Origin: Vulcanimicrobiota bacterium
Lineage (GTDB): Bacteria > Vulcanimicrobiota > Xenobia > Xenobiales > JADMJV01
Length of the DNA stretch: 64,000 nucleotides
Reading direction: 5' to 3'
NCBI GenBank assembly: GCA_050250895.1
Contig: JBFWNU010000001.1
Span: forward strand, 3,283,557 to 3,347,556
Part shown: piece by piece, positions 9,481-19,242 of the stretch
Layout: the number at the start of each line of letters is the position of its first letter
How positions within the stretch are numbered: the first letter of the stretch is position 1
The notes under the pieces: model-generated
Databases searched by the model: none
What the model was told of the DNA's origin: nothing
Seen by the model: only the letters and a program-made list of their open reading frames with translations
Translations under genes and position numbers: made by a program

Positions 9481-11433
9481 ATGCAACCGATCGCCACCAT
9501 CGACGATATCCTCGAGATCGAGAAAACTCCGCTCGAGCAGCGAAATCTGGCTCCCAGCACTTATGAGGCTATCCGCCGCAGTGCTGAGGCCCAGCCCGAT
9601 CGGCTGGCCCTGCGCTTTATCTTTCAGGGCACCGAATATGAACGCTCGGTCGACTACACCTATGCAGAGCTGATGGCCAACCTGCATCGCACGGCCAACA
9701 TGTTCACCAGCCTGGGCATCGGCCCCAACGATGTGGTTTCGACCATCATGCCCAACCTGCCGCAGACGTTTTTCACCATTTTCGGAGCCGAGGCCGTCGG
9801 TATCGTCAATCCCATCAATCCTTTGCTCGAGCCCCCGGTCATGGCCGAGATCATGAATGCGGCCAGGACCAAAGTGCTGGTCACTGTGGGACCCTTCGTC
9901 AAGACCGACATCTGGCAGAAGGTGGTCGAGATTGCCGATCAGGTCCCCAGCCTCGAGACGATTCTCCAGGTGCGCCTTGGGTCGTTCCTGGGTGGGGCCA
10001 AGAAACTGCTCGGACCGGTCCTGGCCTGGAGTGTGGGTCGCAAGCTGGCCAAACCGTCGAAGCGGGTCGAAGACTTCGACAAACTGCGCGCGACCCAGCC
10101 GAGTGGTGCCCTGGTCTCGGGTCGCAAGGCCAAACCCGACGACATCGCCTCGTACTTCCATACGGGCGGCACTACCGGCGTGCCCAAACTGGCTCAGCAC
10201 ACTCATGCCAACGAGGTCTATGACGCCTGGGTGGGAGCCATGATCGCCCAGCTCGAGGGCAAGACCCTTTTCTGCGGATTGCCCCTCTTTCATGTCAACG
10301 GCGTCATCTTGACCGGACTTGCTCCCTGGAGCATGCAAGGCACCACCGTGCTCGGCTCGCCGGCCGGCTACCGGGGTGAGGGCATCCTCGACAACTTCTG
10401 GAAGATCACCGATCGTTACAAGATCAACTTCTTCTCGGGCGTGCCCACCGTCTACTCGACGCTGCTCAACAAGCCCATCGACGGGGCCGACGTCTCTTCG
10501 CTCGAGGCCTGCATCTGCGGAGCCGCTCCCATGCCGGTCGAGGTGTTCAAGCAGTTCGAAAAGCGCACCAATCTCAAGATCCTCGAGGGCTATGGCCTGA
10601 CCGAGGCGACCTGCGCTTCTTCGGCCAACCCGCTCGGCGGCGAGCGCCGCATCGGCTCGGTGGGTCTACGCTTTCCCTATCAAGAGATGAAGACCGTCAT
10701 GCTCGATGAACAGGGCAAGTTCGAACGCAACTGCGAGGTCATGGAGATCGGTACCGTGGTGATGCGGGGACCGAACGTCTTTCCCGGCTACAAAGAAGAC
10801 TTCCACAACCAAGGCATCTGGGTCGATTGCCAGGACGGCGGGGCCCCCTGGCTCAACACGGGCGACCTGGGCCGCCAGGACGCCGAAGGCTATTTCTGGC
10901 TGACCGGCCGCAAGAAAGAGCTCATCATTCGCGGCGGCCACAACATCGATCCCAAGCTGATCGAAGAACCCCTGTGCGAGCATGAAGCGGTGGCCATGGC
11001 TGCGGCCGTGGGCCGGCCCGACGCCCACGCTGGCGAGGTGCCGGTAGCCTATGTGCAGCTCAAGCCCGGGGCCGTAGCCAGCGAGGCGGCTCTGCTCGAG
11101 TTCTGTCACAACACCATCGGCGAACGGGCGGCCGTGCCCAAGTCGATCCATATCCTGGCCGAGTTACCTCTGACGCCGGTCGGCAAGATCTTCAAGCCCG
11201 ACCTGGTACGCCGCCAGATCACCGAAGTCTATAACCACACCATCGAGGGCATCGAAGGGGTGGCCAAATTCAAAGTGATCGCCGAGGCTCACAAGCAGTA
11301 TGGCACCGTGGCCCGGGTGCAGATCGAGGCCAGTCCCGAGGCTCACAAAGCCGTCGAAGAGGCGCTGGGGGCTTTCACGGTGCGCTATCAGTTGGAGTCC
11401 TTCGACCGCCAGTTGGCTAGCGCCACTGCCTGA
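9481..11433 (+). CDS. Acyl-CoA synthetase (AMP-binding enzyme)
   Basis: YFHTGGTTGVPK, EGYGLTE, TGDLG, GRKKELIIRGGHNI, PVGKI. Confidence 0.93.
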   Translation: MQPIATIDDILEIEKTPLEQRNLAPSTYEAIRRSAEAQPDRLALRFIFQGTEYERSVDYTYAELMANLHRTANMFTSLGIGPNDVVSTIMPNLPQTFFTIFGAEAVGIVNPINPLLEPPVMAEIMNAARTKVLVTVGPFVKTDIWQKVVEIADQVPSLETILQVRLGSFLGGAKKLLGPVLAWSVGRKLAKPSKRVEDFDKLRATQPSGALVSGRKAKPDDIASYFHTGGTTGVPKLAQHTHANEVYDAWVGAMIAQLEGKTLFCGLPLFHVNGVILTGLAPWSMQGTTVLGSPAGYRGEGILDNFWKITDRYKINFFSGVPTVYSTLLNKPIDGADVSSLEACICGAAPMPVEVFKQFEKRTNLKILEGYGLTEATCASSANPLGGERRIGSVGLRFPYQEMKTVMLDEQGKFERNCEVMEIGTVVMRGPNVFPGYKEDFHNQGIWVDCQDGGAPWLNTGDLGRQDAEGYFWLTGRKKELIIRGGHNIDPKLIEEPLCEHEAVAMAAAVGRPDAHAGEVPVAYVQLKPGAVASEAALLEFCHNTIGERAAVPKSIHILAELPLTPVGKIFKPDLVRRQITEVYNHTIEGIEGVAKFKVIAEAHKQYGTVARVQIEASPEAHKAVEEALGAFTVRYQLESFDRQLASATA

Positions 11434-11833
11434 CGCCACAGGGGTTCTGCTCTAGATACAAGGCCAGGATCTTCTGATCGTGGTCATAGGCTTCGACCTC
11501 GAAGGAGATGCGCCGATAGCGGCAGCCGTTGGCGAACCAGCTGCCGACGTAGCGTAGGAGGAAGCCCCACCAGCCGTATTGCTCTTGCTGCAATACGTGC
11601 ACCGGCTCGTGACCAAGTAGGACCCGAATGGTGTGGCGGTCGGCCGGGTCGATGTGGCTGCGCCAACCCCGACGCACGTAAATGACCTGGTTGAAGACCT
11701 TGGCTGCCCATCGGCCGCCCAGCGGCAAAGTGTCGACAAAGCGGTAACGCAAGGCTCGGGCCCCCCCGATCGCCTCGAGTTCGGGCCAGACGCTGTCGAG
11801 CCAGTCGGCTAGTTCTGGGGTCAGACGGTCCAC
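11417..11833 (-). CDS. Small zincin-like protein (DUF4157-like)
   Basis: LLGHEPVHVLQQ (HExxH) and a downstream FEVEAY; start placed at GTG 11833. Confidence 0.6.
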   Translation of the reverse strand: MDRLTPELADWLDSVWPELEAIGGARALRYRFVDTLPLGGRWAAKVFNQVIYVRRGWRSHIDPADRHTIRVLLGHEPVHVLQQEQYGWWGFLLRYVGSWFANGCRYRRISFEVEAYDHDQKILALYLEQNPCGVRQWR

Positions 11834-11879
11834 GGCCGAGTCGTTTGCTCTTCTTCTGAGGTTAACCTTTGCGTGTCGG

Positions 11880-12275
11880 TTAGTCGCCGCCTCCCCCGCC
11901 GGCGCTGCCACCTGATGGTCCTTCGCCACTGGACTCAGAGCGGGGCCCATGCATTTCAGAAGCGGCTTGGGGCGTGGAAGATTCGGTGTCGGTCAGGCTG
12001 GGTGGGCCGACGTGGCTTGACTCATGGACGCTGGCCGTGCCGTCGTCGTTGACCGACAAAGAGGGCGGGGCCAGGGGCGAGCTGGTGGTTTGATAGTCGG
12101 AGTTTCGAAGAGAACGGGCCAGGTCCTCGCCTGCGCTACTGGGACCGTCCTCCTGTCCCCCTAGATCGACGGAGTCACCTTTGGGAATCGCCGGTCTATC
12201 CTTTTCGGCAAACACTCGCATGGGGGAGCTGATGGCCGGGGTTTGGCCAATCGAGCCTAAGGGTGAGACAGACAT
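11880..12275 (-). CDS. Small Ser/Gly/Pro-rich disordered protein
   Basis: GGAGGA RBS before ATG 12275; contains DSVDLG. Confidence 0.55.
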   Translation of the reverse strand: MSVSPLGSIGQTPAISSPMRVFAEKDRPAIPKGDSVDLGGQEDGPSSAGEDLARSLRNSDYQTTSSPLAPPSLSVNDDGTASVHESSHVGPPSLTDTESSTPQAASEMHGPRSESSGEGPSGGSAGGGGGD

Positions 12276-12476
12276 GGATGTTTCCTCCGCAACGTTGGAT
12301 TGAACCCCAGTATGAGCCAGCCTGGTGGGGCGCACTTTGGGTGGTGCCGCGTGGAAGTAAATGGATTGTTGCCGTTTGGTAACAAATCACCACGCGTTGA
12401 TAGCAGGGCCACGTCCAACCGAAAGGTCGCATGGCGTTAACCTTTCCGTGACGCCGGTGCGCTAGGCTAAGTTGTC

Positions 12477-13847
12477 ATGCTAGTCAAGTCCACGCCCTAT
12501 CAGAAGCTAAAGAACTCGCCGGCCGGCAAGTTCGTATCCCGCAACAAGACGGCCACCGCTCTAGCCTCGGTCAGCGGCGCCATCGTGGTGGCCGGCGGAG
12601 CCTATCAATCCGAGGCCTTCCGCCAGGTGGCCCGTTACGGCATCGTGCCGGTAGCAGGAGCGGCCACGGCTCTGTTTGGGGCCGCTATGGCGCACGATGC
12701 CGTGGTCAACGACCTGGGCCAGCACAACTGGCGGGCGGCCGGCAAGATTTCGTTCGGGGTGACGGCCGCCCTGGGCGGCACCCAGGCGGTCGGACTGGCC
12801 TATAACATCCCTTACCTCGACGACGCCCTGAGCGGCACGGTCGTGCGGGCCTTTCGCAATGGCGAGGCCATTCTAGGCACCGGGCTGCTGGGTGGGGCGG
12901 CCCTCTCCGGCCGCTACGCCATAGACCGCTTCCAGGCGGCGGCCGGGTCCTCCGAGGGGCGGGCTCTCAACCTGGCCAAAGGCACCGGGGCCACGCTGGC
13001 CACGACCGCGGCCGGCCTGGGTGGGGCCGAACTCATTGGGCGCAACTTCGAAATTGCCGGCCTCGACCGGGCCCTGACCGGCACCATCGAGTATCTCTCG
13101 GGCTCTCCCGTCGCGGCTGTGGCCGGCGGTGGGCTGCTGCTGGGTGGGGCCGGGGTGCTGGCCAACGAGACCTTCAGCCACCTCGAGGGCAACGAGCTGG
13201 CCACCACCGCTCGCGGGTTGGGCGCCGTCACGGCCGCCCTGGGCGGGGTGCAAATGGCCGGTCGGGGCCTGGGAATCCAGGCCACCGAGGGCCTGCTCAC
13301 CGAACACGCTGATGTCATGGGTGGTCTGGCCGTGTCGGCCTTCGGGGCGGCCCTCACGCGCCGCTCGCTCAAAAGCATGGCCAAAAACGGTCTCGGCCTG
13401 AAGAACTCTCTGGGCCTTACCGCCGGTGCGGCCGCCTTGCCGGGTGGTCTGGGCCTGGCCTCGTCAGCCCTGGGTTGGGGAGGGGCCGAACTGGCTGCCC
13501 GCGCCAGTGGCCTGGGCGCCGGCATCGGCCTGGGAGTGACCGCGGCCGCTTTCGGACGCAACGCCTTGACCAACGCCCGCGAAGGCAAGCCGGTCGCGGC
13601 CGTGGCCCAGGGGGGACTGGCCGCCGCCAGCGGCGTAGCCGCCCTGGCCCTGACCGGCGACGCCCTCGAAATCAAGGCCCTCTCGGATCTGGCCGAGGGC
13701 ATCTCGAAGGTGACGGTGGAACCGCTCTGGGACCATGTGATTTCGCCGACCTCGACCTGGCTTTTCAACCATCCCCTGGCCGGGGCCGCCGTCCTGGGTC
13801 TGGGCATCGGCGCCTACATTTATTTCCATCGCAAGGATGGTGAGTAG
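12477..13847 (+). CDS. Gly/Ala-rich multi-helix membrane-associated hypothetical protein with internal repeats
   Basis: Repeated AALGG.Q..G / AGLGGAELIG segments and several hydrophobic helices. Confidence 0.7.
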   Translation: MLVKSTPYQKLKNSPAGKFVSRNKTATALASVSGAIVVAGGAYQSEAFRQVARYGIVPVAGAATALFGAAMAHDAVVNDLGQHNWRAAGKISFGVTAALGGTQAVGLAYNIPYLDDALSGTVVRAFRNGEAILGTGLLGGAALSGRYAIDRFQAAAGSSEGRALNLAKGTGATLATTAAGLGGAELIGRNFEIAGLDRALTGTIEYLSGSPVAAVAGGGLLLGGAGVLANETFSHLEGNELATTARGLGAVTAALGGVQMAGRGLGIQATEGLLTEHADVMGGLAVSAFGAALTRRSLKSMAKNGLGLKNSLGLTAGAAALPGGLGLASSALGWGGAELAARASGLGAGIGLGVTAAAFGRNALTNAREGKPVAAVAQGGLAAASGVAALALTGDALEIKALSDLAEGISKVTVEPLWDHVISPTSTWLFNHPLAGAAVLGLGIGAYIYFHRKDGE

Positions 13848-13867
13848 CTCACCGGGAAAGGGCTTGG

Positions 13868-14590
13868 GTGAAGCTCCTCAACCAGTATCCCAAGATCGTC
13901 TTTTTCACCGGCGCCGGCATGAGCGCCGACAGCGGCATCCACACCTACCGCGGCGAGGGCGGGCTGTGGCACGAGTACCGCTATCAGGACTACGCCTGCC
14001 AGGACGCTTTCGAACGCGATCCGGTCGCGGTCTGGAAGTTTCATGACCAGCGCCGAGCCGAGGCGGCCAACTGCAATCCCCATCGGGGGCACGAGTTGCT
14101 GGCTGACCTGGTCCGGGGTCGGGCCGAGTCGGGGTTCGGGCCCGACGGCGGGGTCACCATCGTGACCCAGAATATCGATGGCATGCACCAGCGAGCCGGG
14201 GTCGACAAGGTGCTGGAATTGCACGGGAGCCTGTGGCGAATTCGCTGCGATGCCTGTGGTGTGGTCGAAGACAATCGCGATATCCCGCTGGGCGCCTACC
14301 AGCACTCGTGCGGCAGCTACTGGCGGCCCGACATCGTCTGGTTCGGCGACTCGTTGAAGCGCAACGTGCTCAGTCAAGCCACCGACGCTATCGCGCGTTG
14401 TCAACTGTTCGTCAGCATCGGCACCAGTGGGGCCGTCTTTCCGGCTGCCCGCCTGCCTCAGCACGCCATCGCCAGCGGCGCAGCCCTCATCGAGATCAAT
14501 CCCGAGAAGACCTCGGTCTCGCAGTTCTATCAAAAGCACTTGCGAGGTGGAGCCGAAGCCATGCTGGTGGAGTGGCTGGGGGACTCTTAG
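13868..14590 (+). CDS. cobB: NAD-dependent protein deacylase (sirtuin, CobB-like)
   Basis: FTGAGMSADSGI.TYRG, TQNIDGMH, HGS, CxxC, RPDIVWFG, IGTSG, INP. Confidence 0.88.
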   Translation: MKLLNQYPKIVFFTGAGMSADSGIHTYRGEGGLWHEYRYQDYACQDAFERDPVAVWKFHDQRRAEAANCNPHRGHELLADLVRGRAESGFGPDGGVTIVTQNIDGMHQRAGVDKVLELHGSLWRIRCDACGVVEDNRDIPLGAYQHSCGSYWRPDIVWFGDSLKRNVLSQATDAIARCQLFVSIGTSGAVFPAARLPQHAIASGAALIEINPEKTSVSQFYQKHLRGGAEAMLVEWLGDS

Positions 14591-14674
14591 GATGCCCGGC
14601 CACGATACCCACTGAGGTCGCTACCAACCCGGCTCGGAGAGACAATGGGGCCAACAATAGTTGGAGGGACGAGC

Positions 14675-15529
14675 ATGAAGTGGCAAGGCCGACGTGGCAG
14701 TGACAACGTTCTGGAAAGCGCCGGAGCATCCGGAGGGGGCGGACTCAGACTCTTAGGAGGCGGCGGCATCGGCTCGCTATTGATCGTGGGCTTGATGCTG
14801 ATCATGGGCTTCTCGCCCGGCGATATTCTCGGCGTGATGTCCTCGGGGGACCGTCGACCGGCCGAAACCAGACCCGTTGACCACCCTACCGACGAGCGCA
14901 AGCAGTTTGTCTCGGTGGTGCTGGCCGATACCGAAGACGTCTGGGCGGAACTCTTCCGTCAGCGCGGTCAGAGCTACTCTGAACCCGAATTGGTCCTTTT
15001 TAGTGACGGAGTCGATAGCGCTTGCGGTTTCTCGAGCGCTGCAGTGGGGCCGTTCTACTGCCCGGGGGACCAACGGGTCTATCTTGATGTCGATTTCTTC
15101 GACCAGTTGGCCCATCAGCTTAGATCCCCCGGTGATTTCGCCCAGGCCTATGTCGTCGCCCATGAAGTCGGTCACCATGTCCAGAATCTGAGCGGCATCC
15201 TCGACCGCGCCCAGCGCCGCAAACGGGGCCTGAGTCAGAGCGCGGCCAATGCTATTCAGGTCAAGGTGGAACTGCAGGCGGACTACCTGGCCGGAGTTTG
15301 GGCCCACCACGCTCAACAACGCTTTGCCAGCCTCGAACCCGGTGATATCGAAGAGGCGTTGCAGGCCGCCCAGTCGATCGGTGACGACACCCTCCAGAAG
15401 CGAGCCCAGGGCTATGTGGTGCCAGAGTCGTTCACCCACGGCACCTCGGCCCAGCGAGTGAATGCCTTTCGAGAAGGCTTCGAAACCGGAGACGTCGAGC
15501 GTGGCCTGGCTCTAACCAGTGATATCTAG
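14675..15529 (+). CDS. Neutral zinc metallopeptidase (YpfJ-like)
   Basis: MKWQGRRGSDNV start, GPFYCPGD, AHEVGHHVQ, ELQADY, SFTHGTS. Confidence 0.9.
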   Translation: MKWQGRRGSDNVLESAGASGGGGLRLLGGGGIGSLLIVGLMLIMGFSPGDILGVMSSGDRRPAETRPVDHPTDERKQFVSVVLADTEDVWAELFRQRGQSYSEPELVLFSDGVDSACGFSSAAVGPFYCPGDQRVYLDVDFFDQLAHQLRSPGDFAQAYVVAHEVGHHVQNLSGILDRAQRRKRGLSQSAANAIQVKVELQADYLAGVWAHHAQQRFASLEPGDIEEALQAAQSIGDDTLQKRAQGYVVPESFTHGTSAQRVNAFREGFETGDVERGLALTSDI

Positions 15530-15534
15530 TTTTC

Positions 15535-16788
15535 CTATTTGCCGTCGACGAACATCTTGAACTGGCCCTTTTGTAGCCAGTTGCCGGTGCAGACGCTGGT
15601 GTAGTAGCCCAGGGCGCCCCCTACCAGCCCAGCCAACGTCGAGCCCACCAGGCCCAGTCCCAGCGAGTGCGCCACCAGCCCGGTGGTCAGCCCCGAAACA
15701 GCGCCGATTCCACCCACTGGCCAGCTGTGCCTCTGGTCGTCGAAATAGTCGGCTTGATCGTCGAACTTGACCACCGCGCCCTCGACCTTGAAAAAGGCGG
15801 CCGGGCTGACGGTGGTGTGGCCGGTCGCGAACTCGGTGCGAGGCACCTTGATGGGGTTGGGGATGTTCTCGAGGCTATAGGTAACCGCCTCGGTGCAGCC
15901 GAAGGCGCTGGGGTGCTCTTCGCTCAGAAAGTTGGGGGTGCGGTTGTAAGGCTTGCCTCGAATGGCCCGGAAGTTGTCGAGGGCCGCCTGCCGATCCGCC
16001 TCGCTGGCGTAGGGCATTTTGATGACGGCCACCTTGACCGTGTCGTTGAGGTATTTCTCGATGTCCGAGCGCTGCACACCGCCGTGGGGAGTGGCTTCGA
16101 GAAACTTACCGTTGCCTTCGTAGAGGGCCGCGTGGGTGTAGTTCGATTGGAGCGCGTAGTGCTCGAACTGCTTCCAGCCGGGATAAGCCAAATTGGTCTC
16201 GAGGATGACATCGCCCGGCTCGAGGCTGGCTAGAAAACGCTGGCGACGTTGGTCGTCCATGACCCCGAAGCTGGTGGGGATGCGGCGCTCGAGCAGGCTT
16301 ACAAAGCGATGGCTCACCAGGCTCAAGGGATCGGTGTGCGAGTTGATCCTCCGGTTCGACTTCTTCTTGGGCTTGGGGGCCGGCGGAGTGGGCGGCCCCT
16401 GAAATTCGTAGAGGGCTTTGCCATTGAAGGTGAGCTTGGCGTGGTCGGCCCATAGTTCGAGGTGCCAGTCCTTGCGATTCGGATAGGCTTCCTGGAGGGT
16501 CAGCACTTCCTTCTCATCGACTTTGCCGTCAGGCCCGCCAGGCCCTAGACCGTCACGCCAGAAACCCAGCTTGCAGGCTTTGTCGGTCAGGGTTACCGCA
16601 TCGCGCGGCTGGAGCGGGTGCCAATGGCCGTATTGGTCTTGCTCGACCAGCACGGTTCCATGGCGCTCTTGCGACTCCAAGAGGCCATTACGGACCTCGA
16701 GGTAGTGCAGATACTGCCCCGTGGCTTTATCGTGGCGACCCGGCGGAAGGGACCGGGTGGCGTGCATCCAGTTGTTGGTTAGAAACAT
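15535..16788 (-). CDS. Permuted papain-like NlpC/P60 (YiiX/YebB-like) domain protein with C-terminal hydrophobic helices
   Basis: LEPGDVIL, YTHAALY, GKPYN...FGCTE (His precedes Cys). Confidence 0.72.
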   Translation of the reverse strand: MFLTNNWMHATRSLPPGRHDKATGQYLHYLEVRNGLLESQERHGTVLVEQDQYGHWHPLQPRDAVTLTDKACKLGFWRDGLGPGGPDGKVDEKEVLTLQEAYPNRKDWHLELWADHAKLTFNGKALYEFQGPPTPPAPKPKKKSNRRINSHTDPLSLVSHRFVSLLERRIPTSFGVMDDQRRQRFLASLEPGDVILETNLAYPGWKQFEHYALQSNYTHAALYEGNGKFLEATPHGGVQRSDIEKYLNDTVKVAVIKMPYASEADRQAALDNFRAIRGKPYNRTPNFLSEEHPSAFGCTEAVTYSLENIPNPIKVPRTEFATGHTTVSPAAFFKVEGAVVKFDDQADYFDDQRHSWPVGGIGAVSGLTTGLVAHSLGLGLVGSTLAGLVGGALGYYTSVCTGNWLQKGQFKMFVDGK

Positions 16789-16847
16789 AGACCGTTTCTG
16801 GTTGGACCTTCCCCTAGCTTAGCCACCCACCCTGAAAAGAACCCGAA

Positions 16848-18332
16848 CTATCGGCGCGTCATTCGCCAGGTTTGCACGGTCACGTTGCCCTGAGCGTCGG
16901 TCACCGTCACCGTCGCGCTGCCGGTCCGGTTGTCGGCGTTGACGGTAAAACGACCGCTCACGCTTAGTCGCATTCGTCCAAGCCCCTGGCCCTGCCAGGT
17001 GGCGGTCGAACCCGAGGCTCGTCCTGTGAAGACGAAGTGCGAGCTGACCGTAATCACCCCGGCGGTCGGGTCATGCCAGCTAATGTCCAGTTGGCCGGCT
17101 CCCTGCTGACCCCGATTGTCGGTCCAGGTTCCTTTCCAAAAGCCGATAGGGCTTCCGCCCGAGGCGATTGGCGCGGGTGGAGCGGGTTTGGGCGGTTTGG
17201 CCGTGGTTGCCGTGGTCTCGGCGGACACCGCGCGAGCCAAGCGAGGGCCGCATCTACCCGAGGCGTAAAGCTTGCGCACGTCCTCCAAGCGGATTCGGAT
17301 CCCGGACCAGCTCTCGAACATCGCGATGTCTGGAGGGACCGGATAGGTGGGGTTGTTCGGGCCGGCGCCGGCCTTGAAGATCCGCTCGGCTCTTTTCCAG
17401 CGGTCCCTGAGGCCCTGTTCAGAGACCTTTGGGTTTTTGGCGGCGTCTTCGAGCAGGGCGAGCGCGGTCAAAAAGTCTCGCATCAGCGCCTCGTAATAAT
17501 AGGTGTGACGCTCCTCCCAGTCCGGATCTTCGTTGGGTTGGTCTCGGTTGGCGCTCTCGACCAAATGGATGGATTCGTGCCAGAGTGTGTCCAATACGTC
17601 CTTGCGCGCGGGCCCGGCCTCGCGCAGAAGCTGCTGGGGAGACTTGCTCAGGTGCATCACCGGCGGGTCAAGCATCTCGACCACGGCGATGGAATCGTTG
17701 CGCCAGAGACGATAGGGCGAAAACTCGATCTCCGCGCGCTCGATGGCTGCGGCGAACTTCTGCAGGTCGCCCAGACTGACCACCTCATTGAAGCAGCGGC
17801 CCTGGAAGCGGTTGAGCTGCTCGTCGATGGCCGCCAGCAGCTCGAACTTGAGCGCGGCCTGCGAGTCTTCAACGGGACTTTCAGGCTCCGGGGGGGCCGG
17901 CGCGGGGCCAGCAGCCGGTGTGTAGATGGGTTGCGGAGCTCGGCGAGGGGTATCGACAAGCCCTTCCCTCGAATCCACCCGGGGATAGCTCGGAGGCAGA
18001 CCGGGGTGGCGACCCTGGCAACAGACCTGGTATCCCCCGCCGCCGGTCGTGTACCCCGCCGAGTAGGTGTCCCGCTGCTGCAGCGGACATCGGGGGAGCC
18101 TGGCCAGGTAAACCGGGACAAGCTGGTCGAGGGCTGAAGGATACCGGCCGCCGTGATCAGAGCTGTACATCTCGAGCGCGGTCAGCAGATTCTTCAAGTT
18201 CGAGCGGCATTCACCCAGAGACCGGTCGCCCTCCTGGGGCTCGACCCGGCCGGTGACGGCGCCCAGCCCGATCAGCAAGATTAGAAGGAGCAAGCCCTGG
18301 CGTCTGAGCCCCGCTTTGATCCCGAATCTCAT
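16848..18332 (-). CDS. Secreted protein with a GspG/pilin-like N-domain, an HExxH region and a beta-rich C-domain
   Basis: CRSNLKNLLTALEMYSSDHGGRYP..L..LVP.YL..LP.CP; LWHESIH. Confidence 0.6.
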   Translation of the reverse strand: MRFGIKAGLRRQGLLLLILLIGLGAVTGRVEPQEGDRSLGECRSNLKNLLTALEMYSSDHGGRYPSALDQLVPVYLARLPRCPLQQRDTYSAGYTTGGGGYQVCCQGRHPGLPPSYPRVDSREGLVDTPRRAPQPIYTPAAGPAPAPPEPESPVEDSQAALKFELLAAIDEQLNRFQGRCFNEVVSLGDLQKFAAAIERAEIEFSPYRLWRNDSIAVVEMLDPPVMHLSKSPQQLLREAGPARKDVLDTLWHESIHLVESANRDQPNEDPDWEERHTYYYEALMRDFLTALALLEDAAKNPKVSEQGLRDRWKRAERIFKAGAGPNNPTYPVPPDIAMFESWSGIRIRLEDVRKLYASGRCGPRLARAVSAETTATTAKPPKPAPPAPIASGGSPIGFWKGTWTDNRGQQGAGQLDISWHDPTAGVITVSSHFVFTGRASGSTATWQGQGLGRMRLSVSGRFTVNADNRTGSATVTVTDAQGNVTVQTWRMTRR

Positions 18333-18440
18333 GGTGGTCCCCCCGGTGAAAGATCTTCGGGTTCTTCTTTCCGAAAACCGACCCCGCCAACCCATGAGAA
18401 CTGAGTTCGCTAACAGGCAGGGTCCGGTTCCGGCCCTGTA

Positions 18441-18469
18441 TTGACGCCCATCCTACATCAATGTAGGAT
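18441..18469 (+). promoter_or_regulatory. Sigma70-type promoter with an overlapping palindromic operator for the TA module
   Basis: TTGACG-N17-TAGGAT; inverted repeat ATCCTACAT-CA-ATGTAGGAT (18450-18469); ATG lies 6 nt after the -10. Confidence 0.75.
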
Positions 18470-18475
18470 AGGTGC

Positions 18476-18724
18476 ATGAAGCGAACCCAGATTCAGTTTC
18501 CCGACCCGTTGTATCGACGACTCAAAGACGTCGCGCGCATGAACGATTGGGCCCTCGCCGAAGTCGTGCGACGAGCGGCCGAGCTTTACGTTCAGCGATT
18601 TCCAGAAGCTGAGCACCGGGCCAAGCCCTGGGATTTTCCCGTTCTCGAGTTGGGGGGGGACTTCTTGCTCGACCCTTCCGAAGTCCGGGCAGAGGCTGAC
18701 GCCATCGAGTCTCGGATCGTATGA
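18476..18724 (+). CDS. vapB: CopG/RHH-type antitoxin (VapB)
   Basis: MKRTQIQFPD..Y..LK..A....S/LAEVVRRA; overlaps the PIN gene (ATGA). Confidence 0.8.
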   Translation: MKRTQIQFPDPLYRRLKDVARMNDWALAEVVRRAAELYVQRFPEAEHRAKPWDFPVLELGGDFLLDPSEVRAEADAIESRIV

Positions 18725-19149
18725 TCTCCGCTGACACCAATCTGTTTCTTTACGCTGCCAACGCCAACAGCCCTCGACACAAAGCGGCGAGAACGTTCTT
18801 TTCCACTCTGTCCGAGGAATCGAACTTTGTCGTCTGCGAACTGGTGCTGGTAGAGGTCTACATGCAGTTGCGGAACCCCGCTGTCATGGCGCAGCCGTTA
18901 TCGAGTGCAGAGGCGGTTGCATTTTGCAGGGCCTTGAAGCGACACCCTTACTGGCAGCACCTTGATTACTCCGCGGAGGTGTCCGAGCGACTCTGGGAGT
19001 GGGCAGACCGAACAGAGAGTGGCTTTCGAAAGATCATCGATGCCAGGTTAGCCCTCACGCTACTCAGCGGAGGGGTTCAGCACTTTGCCACGGTGAACAC
19101 GAAGGATTTTCAAAACTTCGGATTCAAGAGGGTGTGGAATCCATTGTGA
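18721..19149 (+). CDS. vapC: PIN-domain toxin (VapC)
   Basis: DTNLFLYA, E, DARLA..., T.NTKDF. Confidence 0.88.
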   Translation: MISADTNLFLYAANANSPRHKAARTFFSTLSEESNFVVCELVLVEVYMQLRNPAVMAQPLSSAEAVAFCRALKRHPYWQHLDYSAEVSERLWEWADRTESGFRKIIDARLALTLLSGGVQHFATVNTKDFQNFGFKRVWNPL

Positions 19150-19242
19150 GGCCGTCCTTAGCCGAAGCGTCGCGCGCTAGTGAAGCCAGTAGCATTCCGG
19201 CGGTGGGAAGGCAGCGCGGTCGGGCCGCCCGAAGGCGGAGCG

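Noticed and set aside
11417-12335. Single frameshifted gene joining the 11880 and 11417 ORFs
   Set aside because: Each has its own plausible start and stop, and no shared family signal spans the junction.
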